Source: an uncultured Hyphomicrobiales bacterium (GTDB taxonomy: Bacteria; Bacteroidota; Ignavibacteria; Kapaibacteriales; UBA2268). Taken from it: a DNA stretch of 64,000 nt. Numbering within the stretch: position 1 is the stretch's first letter; each line of letters starts with the position of its first letter. Positions 29,583 to 39,200 of the stretch are shown here, piece after piece. The position numbers and the translations under genes were made by a program. The notes under the pieces are model-generated. The model was not told the DNA's origin, did no database searches, and saw only the letters and a program-made list of their open reading frames with translations. The DNA lies in contig CAZSWR010000001.1 in the NCBI GenBank assembly GCA_964610885.1, positions 63,260 through 127,259 on the forward strand, read 5' to 3'.

Positions 29583-29639
29583 TGTACAAATATAAGAAAA
29601 AGCCGGCTCTCAATGGTAAATGAATAATAAATATTGTTG

Positions 29640-29695
29640 TTTGGAATTAATAAAAAAAGGAAAGGAATAAATAGTTTTTCCTCTCCTTTCAGCTG
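29640..29695 (-). terminator. Probable terminator after the TolC gene
   Basis: Minus strand: imperfect hairpin GAAAGGAGAGGA...TCCTTTCCTTT followed by TTTTTTT. Confidence 0.4.
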
Positions 29696-29743
29696 CACTT
29701 GTTACGTATGTGCTATCAATACTTTGATCAAAAGATCGATTTA

Positions 29744-31072
29744 CTAAAGATCCCAAATACCTACTGCTTTTTCCATTTCAATGATTGACACAGCATAATT
29801 AAAAAGCGCTTCATAATAAGCAATTTGAGTTTCATTGTATGTGCGGCGTGCATTCAGTGCTTCGAGCAAAGACGTTTCCCCACGTTTATATGAATAGATT
29901 TTTCCTTTGAACACGTGTTCAGCTCCGTTAAGCAAATTATCTCTAAAGTTCTGAACTTGTCTTTCGAAAGATTTATAGTTTTCAAAAGCATTGACCACAT
30001 CATTTTCAATTTGCAGCATTGTTTGCTTGTACTGTAGGTCTGCGATATTAGTTTCGTACTCTGCGGATTGCACTTCTCCTGAATATATATTTGAGAATTT
30101 CAATGGAATTGAAACGCCGGCCGTTATGCCCGCCGAAGGGAATCCTCCGGCAGTATAGTTATTAGCAAAACCAAGTTTGACATCCACATCGGTAACTCGT
30201 TCGGCTTCTGCATTCGCACGATGATATTTCGCCGATACAATTGCCAACGCGGCTGCCTTCGCATCGCTTCTTTTTTCTTTGGCGATGCGAATCATGCTAT
30301 CCAAAATGAAATTCTTTTTGAAATCTTCGAACTCTGCACCGGGCGCGAGAATAGTATCAAGTTGCGGACTGCTTCCAACCATCAGGGAAAGCGCACGAAA
30401 CGACCTGTACAACTCAATTTCCGATTGGAACGCTTCGTTTTGGAGCAAACCCGATTCCAATTTGCTTTGGGCGTAGTCCACTTCGGTAATGCTGCCGAGT
30501 GCGAATCGGATACTGTCGGCAATTGCAAGATCTTCCATAACGGAGTATGAGTTCTGTTTTACTTTAAAGATATTATCTTGTTTGAGCGCCTCGAAGTATG
30601 CAATAGTAGCATCAGCTCGAAGGCAACGGAAATAATCATCAAGTTTCGCCTTAGCCAAGTTTAAGTTAGCATTGGCATAATCCACTCTCGCGGATCTTTT
30701 CCCTCCAATTTCAACAGTAGTTGATAATTCCACATTATAACCATAACCGCTTCTTTCGCCGGATTCCCGATTCTCTGTCCAATCGAATGAAAGAGTAGGA
30801 TTAGGAAAGATTTTTGCCGATTCGATCTGGGCCTCGGCAATGCTTACGTTGAATTTTTCAGCAGCATATGAATGATTGTGAAGCCTAACGAGTTCGAGGT
30901 ACTCATTAAGCGAGATTTTTTTTGTGGGGATAGTAACGCTTTGAAAAGCGTGGGATTTGCATGGCGCAAGCAGAAAGGCGCACGCAATCCATGAGATACA
31001 CTTCAATGCTAAGCCATGTTTTATCGTAACAATTCGATAATTGTATTTATTGGAAAATATTGACTTATCCAT
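29744..31072 (-). CDS. TolC-family outer-membrane efflux protein
   Basis: Start taken at the internal MDKSIFSNKYNY... (8-nt overlap with the RND gene stop). Two-repeat TolC helical/barrel architecture, signal sequence. Confidence 0.8.
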   Translation of the reverse strand: MDKSIFSNKYNYRIVTIKHGLALKCISWIACAFLLAPCKSHAFQSVTIPTKKISLNEYLELVRLHNHSYAAEKFNVSIAEAQIESAKIFPNPTLSFDWTENRESGERSGYGYNVELSTTVEIGGKRSARVDYANANLNLAKAKLDDYFRCLRADATIAYFEALKQDNIFKVKQNSYSVMEDLAIADSIRFALGSITEVDYAQSKLESGLLQNEAFQSEIELYRSFRALSLMVGSSPQLDTILAPGAEFEDFKKNFILDSMIRIAKEKRSDAKAAALAIVSAKYHRANAEAERVTDVDVKLGFANNYTAGGFPSAGITAGVSIPLKFSNIYSGEVQSAEYETNIADLQYKQTMLQIENDVVNAFENYKSFERQVQNFRDNLLNGAEHVFKGKIYSYKRGETSLLEALNARRTYNETQIAYYEALFNYAVSIIEMEKAVGIWDL

Positions 31073-34000
31073 TTTTCGCCTCAATTCTTTTTTCAATTTC
31101 GAAATATACTGTGGGCAGGGCAAACAGGGTGATAATAGTGGCAAAAAGCAATCCATAAACGATCACAGTTGCTAAAGGCCGTTGCACGTCCGATCCAATA
31201 TCCGTCGAGAAAGAAGCAGGCAATAGACCCAGTATAGCAACCGTAGCCGTCAGCAGCACCGGGCGGAACCGATGTTTCGATCCGGTGATAACTGCTTCCC
31301 TGAGGGCAACGCCTTTCTTCCGAAGGCTGTTGAAATGTGAAATCATAATTACTCCGTTCTGAATTGCCACACCGAGCAAAGCGATGAATCCAACTGCCGA
31401 AGAAACATTCAAAGTCATTCCTCTTGCATTAAGGGCCAACATGCCTCCAAAGAGTGCAATTGGTGCAATTCCCATCAGCATTGCCGATTGGCGAAGGCTT
31501 CCAAAAGCCCCGTAGAGCAGAATGAACATAATAGACAAAGCAATTGGGACGATGACCATCAATCGCGAGTATGCACGATTCTGATTTTCAAATTGTCCAC
31601 CCCAAGTTATTCGATATTTCTCATGGTCATATTGCACTCCTGATTCAATATTCTTATGCGCTTTCTCGAGGAATGCGGTAAGGTCTATATCCCGAAGGTT
31701 AATTCTGACGGTCAGGTGTCTTTTATTCATTTCTCTTGTAATTGCGCTTGCTCCGGTAGTCATTTTGATTTCTGCCACTTGCGATAGTGGTATTCGGGAT
31801 CCATCTGCGCTTGTCAGCAGCAGACTACCGATTTTTTCCGGTGTTGAGCGGCTGTCTTCGTTGTATCGGCAAATTACGTCATAGGATTTATTGCCGATGA
31901 ATACTTGCGCGATCGACTTCCCCCCTATTGCGACTTCAATAAGTTCGGATACGTCGGACACATTCAGTCCGTATTGCGCAATTTTATCTCTGTCGGCAAG
32001 TATTTGCAGTTGCGGAGCAGGAGGTTCTTGGTCAATGATAACGTCTTCGGCGCCTTTGATGTCTTTAACGATCCCGACGATATTCTCAGCTATCCTTCGG
32101 GTTTCCGCAGGGTCGTCTCCATATATTTTGACAGCTAAATCGCTGTGCGCGCCTGCAATTTGGTCCATAACCATATCGATAATTGGTTGAGAGAATCCAA
32201 CAGTGTAGCCGGGCATTTTCGAGATTTCATTTTGCATATCCTTTATCAAATCTGATTTGCGACGGCCGTTTTTCCATTGGCTGTATGGTTTCAGCCCAAT
32301 CGAACATTCTATATGAGAAGTGGAAAACGATTCAGCGCCCTCGTCATCCCTGCCGTTTTGAACCATCACATAAGTAACTTCTTCGAATTTCATCATCCTG
32401 TGCCTAAGCGTATCACTCATCATTTTAGACCTGTCGAGGGAAATCCCTGGTGGCAATTGCACCTGAAGCCAGATTGATCCTTCGTCCAATTGTGGCAAGA
32501 AGTCTTTACCTACAAAAACTGTTAATGCAATTGCACCGAGCGTTGATACAATCAATAATGAGAGCACGATTTTCGGTTTCCTGACGAGTACTTCAGTTAT
32601 TTTTTTATATTTTTCATTGAGTCTTTCCAACCACTTGTTTCTATACAACTTCTTGGGTTTCCGATAGGCAGCGAATGCCAAACCGGGCACAAGGAATACA
32701 GCGACAGATAAAGCACCCAGAAGTGCATATCCGACGGTGAAGGCCATGGGAGTGAATAGTTTCTTCTCGATGCGCTCGAAAGCAAACAGTGGTAAATATG
32801 CAGTTATGATAATGATTGATGAGAAAAATATTGGCTTGGCTACGTCAATAACTCTATCGCGAACAGAATTCAATTCAAGTTCGGACTCCGGATGGTCTTC
32901 CCTTTTCTTGAGGATTGTTTCCATCATCACTATTGCGCCGTCCACGATGATTCCAAAATCAATTGCCCCGAGCGATAGTAGGTTTGCAGGTATATCCGTT
33001 AGCTTCATTAAAACAAAAGCTATTAGCAATGATATTGGAATCGTGATTGCAACAATTGCGGCGCTACGCCAGCTGCCCAAGAAAAGAATCAGCACGATTA
33101 CAACCAATCCGACTCCCTCCATTAGAGTGCGAGCAACAGTATGAAGCGTGGAATCCACAAGGTTTGCCCTGTCCATGAAAGTATGGATTTTAACTCCTTT
33201 CGGGAGTATATCATTGTTTAACTCCTCTACGGCCGTGTGGACATTTTCGAGCACCAGAGAAGGATTCTGACCTCGCAACATCTGGATCACTCCTTCGACG
33301 GATTCGGTATAGTCTCGATCTTTGTCGGTGAATCCGATGACACCTTTTCTTTCGAGGTTACCATATTTCAAAGTGCCTAAATCGCTAACGTAGATAGGAG
33401 CGCCTTTTTCGCTTTTCACAACGATTTTACCCAAATCGTTCAGGCCTTTTATCAGTCCGACTCCGCGGATAACGTAGCTAAGTTCGCCGCGGTTGATCAT
33501 ACTGCCGCCGGCATTGGAGTTGTTCTTTTCAATCTTTTCGGTAACCGACGAGAGGGTAAGGTTGAATTGCTCCAATTTCCTTGGATCAATTTCGATTTGG
33601 AATTGTGACGTGATGCCACCGAAATTACTTACATCGGCAACTCCGGAAATCTGTTTAAGTCTTGGAATAATAACCCATTTGTTGAGGTCTGTTAATTCTC
33701 TGAGATCCGAATTTTGCCCCTCGACAATGTATCTGTATATCTCGCCTGTTGGCGAAGTTAGCGGATTCAACTCCGGTGCTGCTCCGTATGGCAATTCAAC
33801 TCCTGTCAGCCTTTCCTGGACTCGTTGCCTGGCCCAATAGTCGTCTGTACCGTCTTGGAATACCAGAATTACCGCAGAAAGGCCGAATGAATTCTTACTT
33901 CTCATAATATCTAAACCGGGCAAACCGTTTAGTGCACGCTCTATTGGTATGCTGATTTGTTGCTCGATTTCCTCGGCTGCCAATCCAGGCACTTGGGTTA

Positions 34001-34145
34001 CAACTTGGACAGTTACGTCGGCAATGTCAGGATATGCTTCAATCGATAGTTTTGTCCATGAATAATAGCCCAAGCCTGATATCAGAACAAAAATACAGAT
34101 GATTAACTTCCTGCGGTTAATAATTCGTTCGAATATACTTTTCAT
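31065..34145 (-). CDS. Heavy-metal-efflux-type RND transporter permease (CzcA/CusA family)
   Basis: 1026 aa; N-terminal MKSIFERIINRRKLIICIFVLISGLGYYSWTKLSIEAYPDIADVTVQVVTQVPGLAAEEIEQQISIPIERALNGLPG is characteristic of the CusA/CzcA HME-RND family. Confidence 0.9.
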   Translation of the reverse strand: MKSIFERIINRRKLIICIFVLISGLGYYSWTKLSIEAYPDIADVTVQVVTQVPGLAAEEIEQQISIPIERALNGLPGLDIMRSKNSFGLSAVILVFQDGTDDYWARQRVQERLTGVELPYGAAPELNPLTSPTGEIYRYIVEGQNSDLRELTDLNKWVIIPRLKQISGVADVSNFGGITSQFQIEIDPRKLEQFNLTLSSVTEKIEKNNSNAGGSMINRGELSYVIRGVGLIKGLNDLGKIVVKSEKGAPIYVSDLGTLKYGNLERKGVIGFTDKDRDYTESVEGVIQMLRGQNPSLVLENVHTAVEELNNDILPKGVKIHTFMDRANLVDSTLHTVARTLMEGVGLVVIVLILFLGSWRSAAIVAITIPISLLIAFVLMKLTDIPANLLSLGAIDFGIIVDGAIVMMETILKKREDHPESELELNSVRDRVIDVAKPIFFSSIIIITAYLPLFAFERIEKKLFTPMAFTVGYALLGALSVAVFLVPGLAFAAYRKPKKLYRNKWLERLNEKYKKITEVLVRKPKIVLSLLIVSTLGAIALTVFVGKDFLPQLDEGSIWLQVQLPPGISLDRSKMMSDTLRHRMMKFEEVTYVMVQNGRDDEGAESFSTSHIECSIGLKPYSQWKNGRRKSDLIKDMQNEISKMPGYTVGFSQPIIDMVMDQIAGAHSDLAVKIYGDDPAETRRIAENIVGIVKDIKGAEDVIIDQEPPAPQLQILADRDKIAQYGLNVSDVSELIEVAIGGKSIAQVFIGNKSYDVICRYNEDSRSTPEKIGSLLLTSADGSRIPLSQVAEIKMTTGASAITREMNKRHLTVRINLRDIDLTAFLEKAHKNIESGVQYDHEKYRITWGGQFENQNRAYSRLMVIVPIALSIMFILLYGAFGSLRQSAMLMGIAPIALFGGMLALNARGMTLNVSSAVGFIALLGVAIQNGVIMISHFNSLRKKGVALREAVITGSKHRFRPVLLTATVAILGLLPASFSTDIGSDVQRPLATVIVYGLLFATIITLFALPTVYFEIEKRIEAKNG

Positions 34146-34146
34146 G

Positions 34147-35253
34147 TTATTTTGCCTCTATCAGATAGTAAGCGCCATCGGTTATTATTTTTTCGCCGGG
34201 TGCGACGCCGGAAAGCAATTCAATTGAATTTCCGTCGGTAAGTCCGCATTTGACCGGACGCTTTTGGAATCGGTTCTTGGATACTTCGACGAATACAAAT
34301 GATGTATCTCCTGATTGCATCACCGACCTCGATGGCACGCACAAAGAACTCTTGACGTTGTCAGTAAAACGAACGCTGACGTACATTCCCGGCTTGATCA
34401 TATAGTCAGAATTATCGCATTCGATAATGACTTGCACAGATCGAGTAGATTCGTCGAGCACTTCTCCCACATGGTATATTTTTCCACTTTTAGTGTTTTC
34501 GGGATTCCCCGATGGAATTATTTCGACAGTTTCGTTTACATTAATAAAAGATATATCTTTTTCTTTAACTTGGGCCACGACCCAGATCTTACTCATTTCC
34601 GCGACAGAGGCTTGCGGTTCCGCATCTTCCTTAATATATTGGCCAATAACAATATTGTTCTGGATTATCGTACCTTTGATCGGTGACCTAACGATGAGTG
34701 GCTGCCCCAACACAAGGTCTTTCGGATTGATACCAAACACTTTGAGCGATGCTTCGGCGCGTTCTTTTTCTTTGCTTTTCAATTCAAAATTTACTTCGGC
34801 CTCTTCTAAGTCTTTCTGCACTCCGACACCGTTTTTCATAAGATCCTGCTGGCGTTTAAGATTCTTTTGGGCCAACTCGTATTCCTGCTTCGCTTGGTGG
34901 TAGGCCTTTCCAGTTTCGTAGAATGCCGGGGAGCTGATTTCAAAAACAGGAGAGCCTTGGGAAACATTTTGACCTAAGTGAACAAATGATTTAGTAATCC
35001 TTCCGGCAAATGGTGATGCTATATTTGCATACGCATTGGGGATTGCTTTGACCACGCCGGAAACCGTTAGTTGCCTATCTCGAATTGTATCTTTTGCGTA
35101 TTCGCATCTGATTCGGCTAAGTATTGAAGAAGAATCAGGAACAATAATACAGTCGTTTTCAATAAATAAGCTATCTGCCTCTGCTGGTTTAATTTCTTTT
35201 TGGCACGATACTGCCACAAGCCCTATACTGAGCATTAATATCAATAGTTTCAT
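34147..35253 (-). CDS. Efflux RND periplasmic adaptor subunit (CzcB/HlyD family)
   Basis: 368 aa, signal/lipobox, coiled-coil plus beta-barrel MFP architecture; 1-nt gap to the RND gene. Confidence 0.85.
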   Translation of the reverse strand: MKLLILMLSIGLVAVSCQKEIKPAEADSLFIENDCIIVPDSSSILSRIRCEYAKDTIRDRQLTVSGVVKAIPNAYANIASPFAGRITKSFVHLGQNVSQGSPVFEISSPAFYETGKAYHQAKQEYELAQKNLKRQQDLMKNGVGVQKDLEEAEVNFELKSKEKERAEASLKVFGINPKDLVLGQPLIVRSPIKGTIIQNNIVIGQYIKEDAEPQASVAEMSKIWVVAQVKEKDISFINVNETVEIIPSGNPENTKSGKIYHVGEVLDESTRSVQVIIECDNSDYMIKPGMYVSVRFTDNVKSSLCVPSRSVMQSGDTSFVFVEVSKNRFQKRPVKCGLTDGNSIELLSGVAPGEKIITDGAYYLIEAK

Positions 35254-35501
35254 TTTATTTCTTTCTAAATATTTACATTAATTGAAATGCAGGCCGTTAA
35301 TAATTTGAGTACTACTCATACAATGAAGTACCTGCAAATCATTATACCACATGCTTTGGGATTCTGCACTTGATGTGGATGTTCATCCAACATAGTATTA
35401 TTACCAATACGAACCAATAATATAGATATGGCACAGTATAGAAACAACACTTTGCTCAAATGCAAAAAAACCTGAATAATTACTTTTAGTCCGAGAAAGA
35501 A

Positions 35502-35915
35502 TTAAAATGAAAAAGGAGGTGCCCTGAGAGATTTTGGGCCTATGCACACAGCCGAAGTTAAATGATACATCTCAATTGAATTTACATTCAATTGGATATA
35601 CCGAGGCAATACCAAAAGGCAAAAAACTGTGAATGCAAATAGATTAAGCATCAGAGTGTCCAGCTCGAAGTATTGCAACTCTTCTTTGCTATGGTGATGT
35701 TCGGGATTGGAAAAAGGATGCGAGTGGTAGTATTCAATACCTAAATACGTATGGAAGTGAGGAAATAGATTGGTAGATACGAAATAAAAGACAAACTGCA
35801 CAAGAACAAAATATCTTAGAATTGTTCTCGCATGTTTTCTTATTTGTCTCATTATTCCCAAGTTTTTTCCCGACATTGTATCGCACTTCCTTGAAGTTAG
35901 TTGCAAAAAACCCAA
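35502..35915 (-). CDS. Small two-TM membrane protein with a His-rich loop, directly upstream of the RND efflux operon
   Basis: 137 aa (true start may be the internal MSG or MRQ). HFHTYLGIEYYHSHPFSNPEHHHSKEE lies between two hydrophobic helices. Confidence 0.4.
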   Translation of the reverse strand: MGFLQLTSRKCDTMSGKNLGIMRQIRKHARTILRYFVLVQFVFYFVSTNLFPHFHTYLGIEYYHSHPFSNPEHHHSKEELQYFELDTLMLNLFAFTVFCLLVLPRYIQLNVNSIEMYHLTSAVCIGPKSLRAPPFSF

Positions 35916-35992
35916 AAAAGTTTCAAAGTAAATTTCTCTTGTATATTATAATGAAAACAAGAATTCTTGTATATCTTTCCTTTCATCATTTC

Positions 35993-36028
35993 GCTGCCCT
36001 TGAAAAATTAAGTGGCAGTCGCCACCTA
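35993..36028. repeat. 36-nt repeat, copy A (GCTGCCCTT-AAAAA-AAGTGGCAGTCGCCACCTA); hairpin plus T-run reads as a terminator on the minus strand
   Basis: 33/36 identical to 61407-61442; contains the GTGGC-AGTC-GCCAC hairpin. Similarity extends ~20 nt further on the low-coordinate side (CTTTC-TTTCAT-ATT). Confidence 0.5.
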
Positions 36029-36119
36029 CAAATGAGTTTTCCACAACGTGTGTCAATGTGATTTTTTCTTCGTAAATTTGCAAGATTTAATTTTTTTGAA
36101 AATTAAAATATATTGAAAA

Positions 36120-37055
36120 ATGAACGAGAACCAAAAACTAAGCAAACCATACTTGCTCGACGCAGCCGACCTGACACGCGAAGATACAATGCTTATCTTC
36201 GAGAAAGCTCAGTTCTTCATGGAGAACTACAAGACAGGCTCTAAATTCGATGATCTGAAAGGAGTTACTGTCGCGCTGGCATTCTTCGAGAATTCTACCC
36301 GCACTAAGCTCTCATTTGAATTAGCTGCAAAACGCCTCTCTGCCGACACACTATCTTTCCAAGCATCTTCTTCGAGCCTTACCAAAGGCGAATCGCTCAT
36401 CGATACGCTTCGTACCATCGAAGCCATGGGAGTGCAGATGTACGTTGTCCGCCATAGCTCTTCGGGCGCTCCGCAGTTCCTTCAGGCTAACACAAAAGGC
36501 GTAGTGCTGAACGCCGGCGACGGCCGCCACGAGCATCCCACCCAAACGCTCCTCGACTCGCTCACGCTCTACAAACACTTCGGCCGGCTCGAAGGCCTGA
36601 AGATCTGTATCGTTGGCGATATTCTCCATAGCCGTGTGGCCCGCTCGAACATGAAGCTACTGCGCACAATGGGCGCCGAAGTAGCAATCTGCTCCCCCGG
36701 AACGCTGAGGCCCCCGCTGCAATACCTGAACGAAAACCACTATCCCATTATCGAGTCCATCGACGACGCCGTTGAATGGGCCGACGTGGCTTTGGTGCTT
36801 CGTTTGCAACGCGAGCGCATGGATTCCGGCCTGCTGCCGACGATGCGCGAGTTCACTAACTATTACGGCGTTTACCAAAGGCATTTCGAGAAAAAGCCAG
36901 GACTCGTCCTTCTGCATCCCGGCCCCGTTAACTACGGTATCGAATTGGATTACAACATTAGCCAATTCCCTAATGTACTGATCCAAACGCAAGTTACGCA
37001 CGGAGTTTATATCCGCATGGCGCTACTTTCATTACTTGGCAAAGGCTTGAAATAA
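36120..37055 (+). CDS. pyrB: Aspartate carbamoyltransferase catalytic subunit
   Basis: 311 aa; ENSTRTKLSFELAAKRL (STRT carbamoyl-phosphate motif), HPTQ, HPGP. Confidence 0.9.
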   Translation: MNENQKLSKPYLLDAADLTREDTMLIFEKAQFFMENYKTGSKFDDLKGVTVALAFFENSTRTKLSFELAAKRLSADTLSFQASSSSLTKGESLIDTLRTIEAMGVQMYVVRHSSSGAPQFLQANTKGVVLNAGDGRHEHPTQTLLDSLTLYKHFGRLEGLKICIVGDILHSRVARSNMKLLRTMGAEVAICSPGTLRPPLQYLNENHYPIIESIDDAVEWADVALVLRLQRERMDSGLLPTMREFTNYYGVYQRHFEKKPGLVLLHPGPVNYGIELDYNISQFPNVLIQTQVTHGVYIRMALLSLLGKGLK

Positions 37056-37080
37056 TTACATTTTAAGCCTTTTTATTAAC

Positions 37081-37117
37081 AAAGCCGTACCGAATTTTCG
37101 CTGCGGCTTTTTTTATT
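37081..37117 (+). terminator. Rho-independent terminator after pyrB
   Basis: AAAGCCG...CGGCTTT hairpin followed by TTTTTTTATTATT. Confidence 0.6.
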
Positions 37118-37551
37118 ATTAAACGCAAGTTCCTGGAAAATCTGTGCGAGCGACGGAGAACTGTTGTTGGGTATTTGGTTCAATTTCGTTTTGTGTGGGT
37201 GCTGACCAAATACACTTATGAGTGAGTTGTTAGAACTAAAATGATATTTTACCGCGTAGCGGTTGTTGTATTGTAGTATTTTGTTTGAACTTATAAGCAC
37301 GATTTCGCGTAGCGAATGTTTTATATGATTGATTTATCCATGAAGAGTATTATACAACAACCGCTCGCGCGGTATCAATAAGCAATTATTACTTTTCTTG
37401 AAGAAAAAAATTAGTATTGGTGACTGTACATCTTCAATTCGTCAATAGAACCATATTTTTAATATTCCTGAATATCAATCATTTTTGTTTACTCATACAA
37501 AGCCATATAGAGCAGAATAAGATAAGAAAGTATTTTTATTACCTGCCGCAC

Positions 37552-37590
37552 ACGCGCACAAAAAAGCCCTCTCCAAACGCGGAAAGGGCT
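37552..37590 (-). terminator. Rho-independent terminator after the DUF1015 gene
   Basis: Minus strand AGCCCTTTCCGCGTTTGGAGAGGGCT hairpin followed by TTTTTTGTG. Confidence 0.55.
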
Positions 37591-37617
37591 GTTGAAATAA
37601 AATCGAATGAGCAGGTT

Positions 37618-38862
37618 TTAGTCCAAGAAATGGACGAACATGCCATCGCGTAGTTTCGGTTCGAACCACGTTGATTTCGGGGGCATGATTGCGCCGGCGT
37701 CTGCGATGTTCATCAGTTCGTTGACCGATGTGGCATACATCGAGAATGCGAGCACCATTTCGCCTGAATCGACTCTGCGTTCGAGTTCGCCAAGACCACG
37801 GATTCCGCCAACGAAATCGACGCGTTTGCTTGTGCGGGGGTCTTCGATGCCGAGAATTGGGTCGAGGACGTGTTTCTGGAGGATAGCAACGTCGAGCGAT
37901 TCGACTGGATCGGGATTGTTCACAAGCGACGCGGGAGCGGTCATCATATACCATTTTTTATCGATATAAAGACCGATTTCGCCTTTTTTGGTGGGATGGG
38001 CTTGGCCATCTGTGGGGACGCAATTGAAGCCTTTTTCGCCGAGAAGTTTGAAGAACTCATCTTTCGAATGGCCGTTGAGGTCTTTCACCAAGCGGTTGTA
38101 GTCCATGATGTACAGGTGCGAAGCCGGGAAAAGCACGGCGAGGAAGTAATTGTATTCTTCGTTGCCGACGTGTGTGGGGTTGGCTTCGGCGCGTTCGCGG
38201 CCCACGATCGAGGCGGCTGCAGAGCGGTGGTGGCCGTCCGCTACGTAGAAGTAGTCAACTTTCGAGAGAATTTTTTCAACTTTCAGGCAAAGGTCTTTGT
38301 CGCGGATAACCCACGAAGTGTGGCGAATGCCATCGGCAGCGACGAGGTCGTTGTCCGGTTGCGATGTAATAACGCTATTGACGATTCCATTGATTTCTTC
38401 GTTGTCGCGGTACGTAAGGAAGATCGGGCCGGTGTGCGCGTTGGTAACGCGGACGTGGTTGCAGCGGTCTTCTTCTTTGTCTTTGCGAGTTTTTTCGTGC
38501 TTTTTAATGATGTCGTTCCAATAATCGGCTACGGAAGCGCAACCGACGAGGCCATATTGAGTGCGGCCGTTCATTGTTTGAGCATAAACATAGATATATT
38601 CGTCATCGTCCTCTACGAGTGCTCCCTTTGCGATCAGGTTGTCAAGGTTTTCTTTGCCTTTGGCATAGACCGATGGGTCGTGTATATCAAGTGCGGGATC
38701 GAGATCTATTTCGGGTTTTCCGACGTGCAAGAATGAAAGAGGATGCCCTTTTGCTTCTTCGCGGGCTTCGTCCGAATTGAGAACGTCGTAGGGTTTCGAT
38801 GCAATTTCGCCGGCAAGGTCGGGGCGCGGCCTGAATGCTTTAAACGGTCTGAAAACAGCCAT
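37618..38862 (-). CDS. DUF1015-family conserved protein
   Basis: Start taken at MAVFRPFKAFRP (family-typical N-terminus) instead of the ORF-track start at 38898. ~414 aa. Confidence 0.7.
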   Translation of the reverse strand: MAVFRPFKAFRPRPDLAGEIASKPYDVLNSDEAREEAKGHPLSFLHVGKPEIDLDPALDIHDPSVYAKGKENLDNLIAKGALVEDDDEYIYVYAQTMNGRTQYGLVGCASVADYWNDIIKKHEKTRKDKEEDRCNHVRVTNAHTGPIFLTYRDNEEINGIVNSVITSQPDNDLVAADGIRHTSWVIRDKDLCLKVEKILSKVDYFYVADGHHRSAAASIVGRERAEANPTHVGNEEYNYFLAVLFPASHLYIMDYNRLVKDLNGHSKDEFFKLLGEKGFNCVPTDGQAHPTKKGEIGLYIDKKWYMMTAPASLVNNPDPVESLDVAILQKHVLDPILGIEDPRTSKRVDFVGGIRGLGELERRVDSGEMVLAFSMYATSVNELMNIADAGAIMPPKSTWFEPKLRDGMFVHFLD

Positions 38863-39066
38863 TGCTTGATCCTTTAATTTTGTTTGAAGTAATCCCAAAT
38901 AAATACCGAAAAATAAACAAACTTTGCCACTTTCCGGTATTCAAAATTAGCAAATATTGCTTTAGAAAAAAAATATACAATGATAAATTTCATTTTTTCA
39001 TTGAAATACATCCATGTGAAACGCAGTCCTTTTTCCCATACAAGAAATGTATTACGCAATATCATT

Positions 39067-39091
39067 GTAGGGGCGGGTTCCAAACCCGCCC
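39067..39091. repeat. Solo G-rich REP-like hairpin (GTAGGGGCGGGTT-CCA-AACCCGCCC)
   Basis: 9-bp perfect stem. Same unit (GTAGGGGCGRGGTT...ACCYCGCCC) as the inverted repeats at 49743-49769 and 49915-49941. Confidence 0.4.
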
Positions 39092-39200
39092 AAGGAATGT
39101 CTGAACCGCTGATTTAGATGATTATTCTGATTGCTATTATTCAATGTCAGCTCCAATCTAACTAACTTCAAATTCCATGATTGGGTTGGCTTTTTCTTTT

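Noticed and set aside
37493-37954. 153-aa Arg-rich minus ORF
   Set aside because: Out-of-frame overlap with the DUF1015 gene; the extreme Arg/Pro composition indicates a non-coding frame.
37870-38736. 288-aa ORF on the + strand
   Set aside because: Lies antisense to the well-conserved DUF1015 gene and has a V/F/A/R-rich composition typical of antisense frames.
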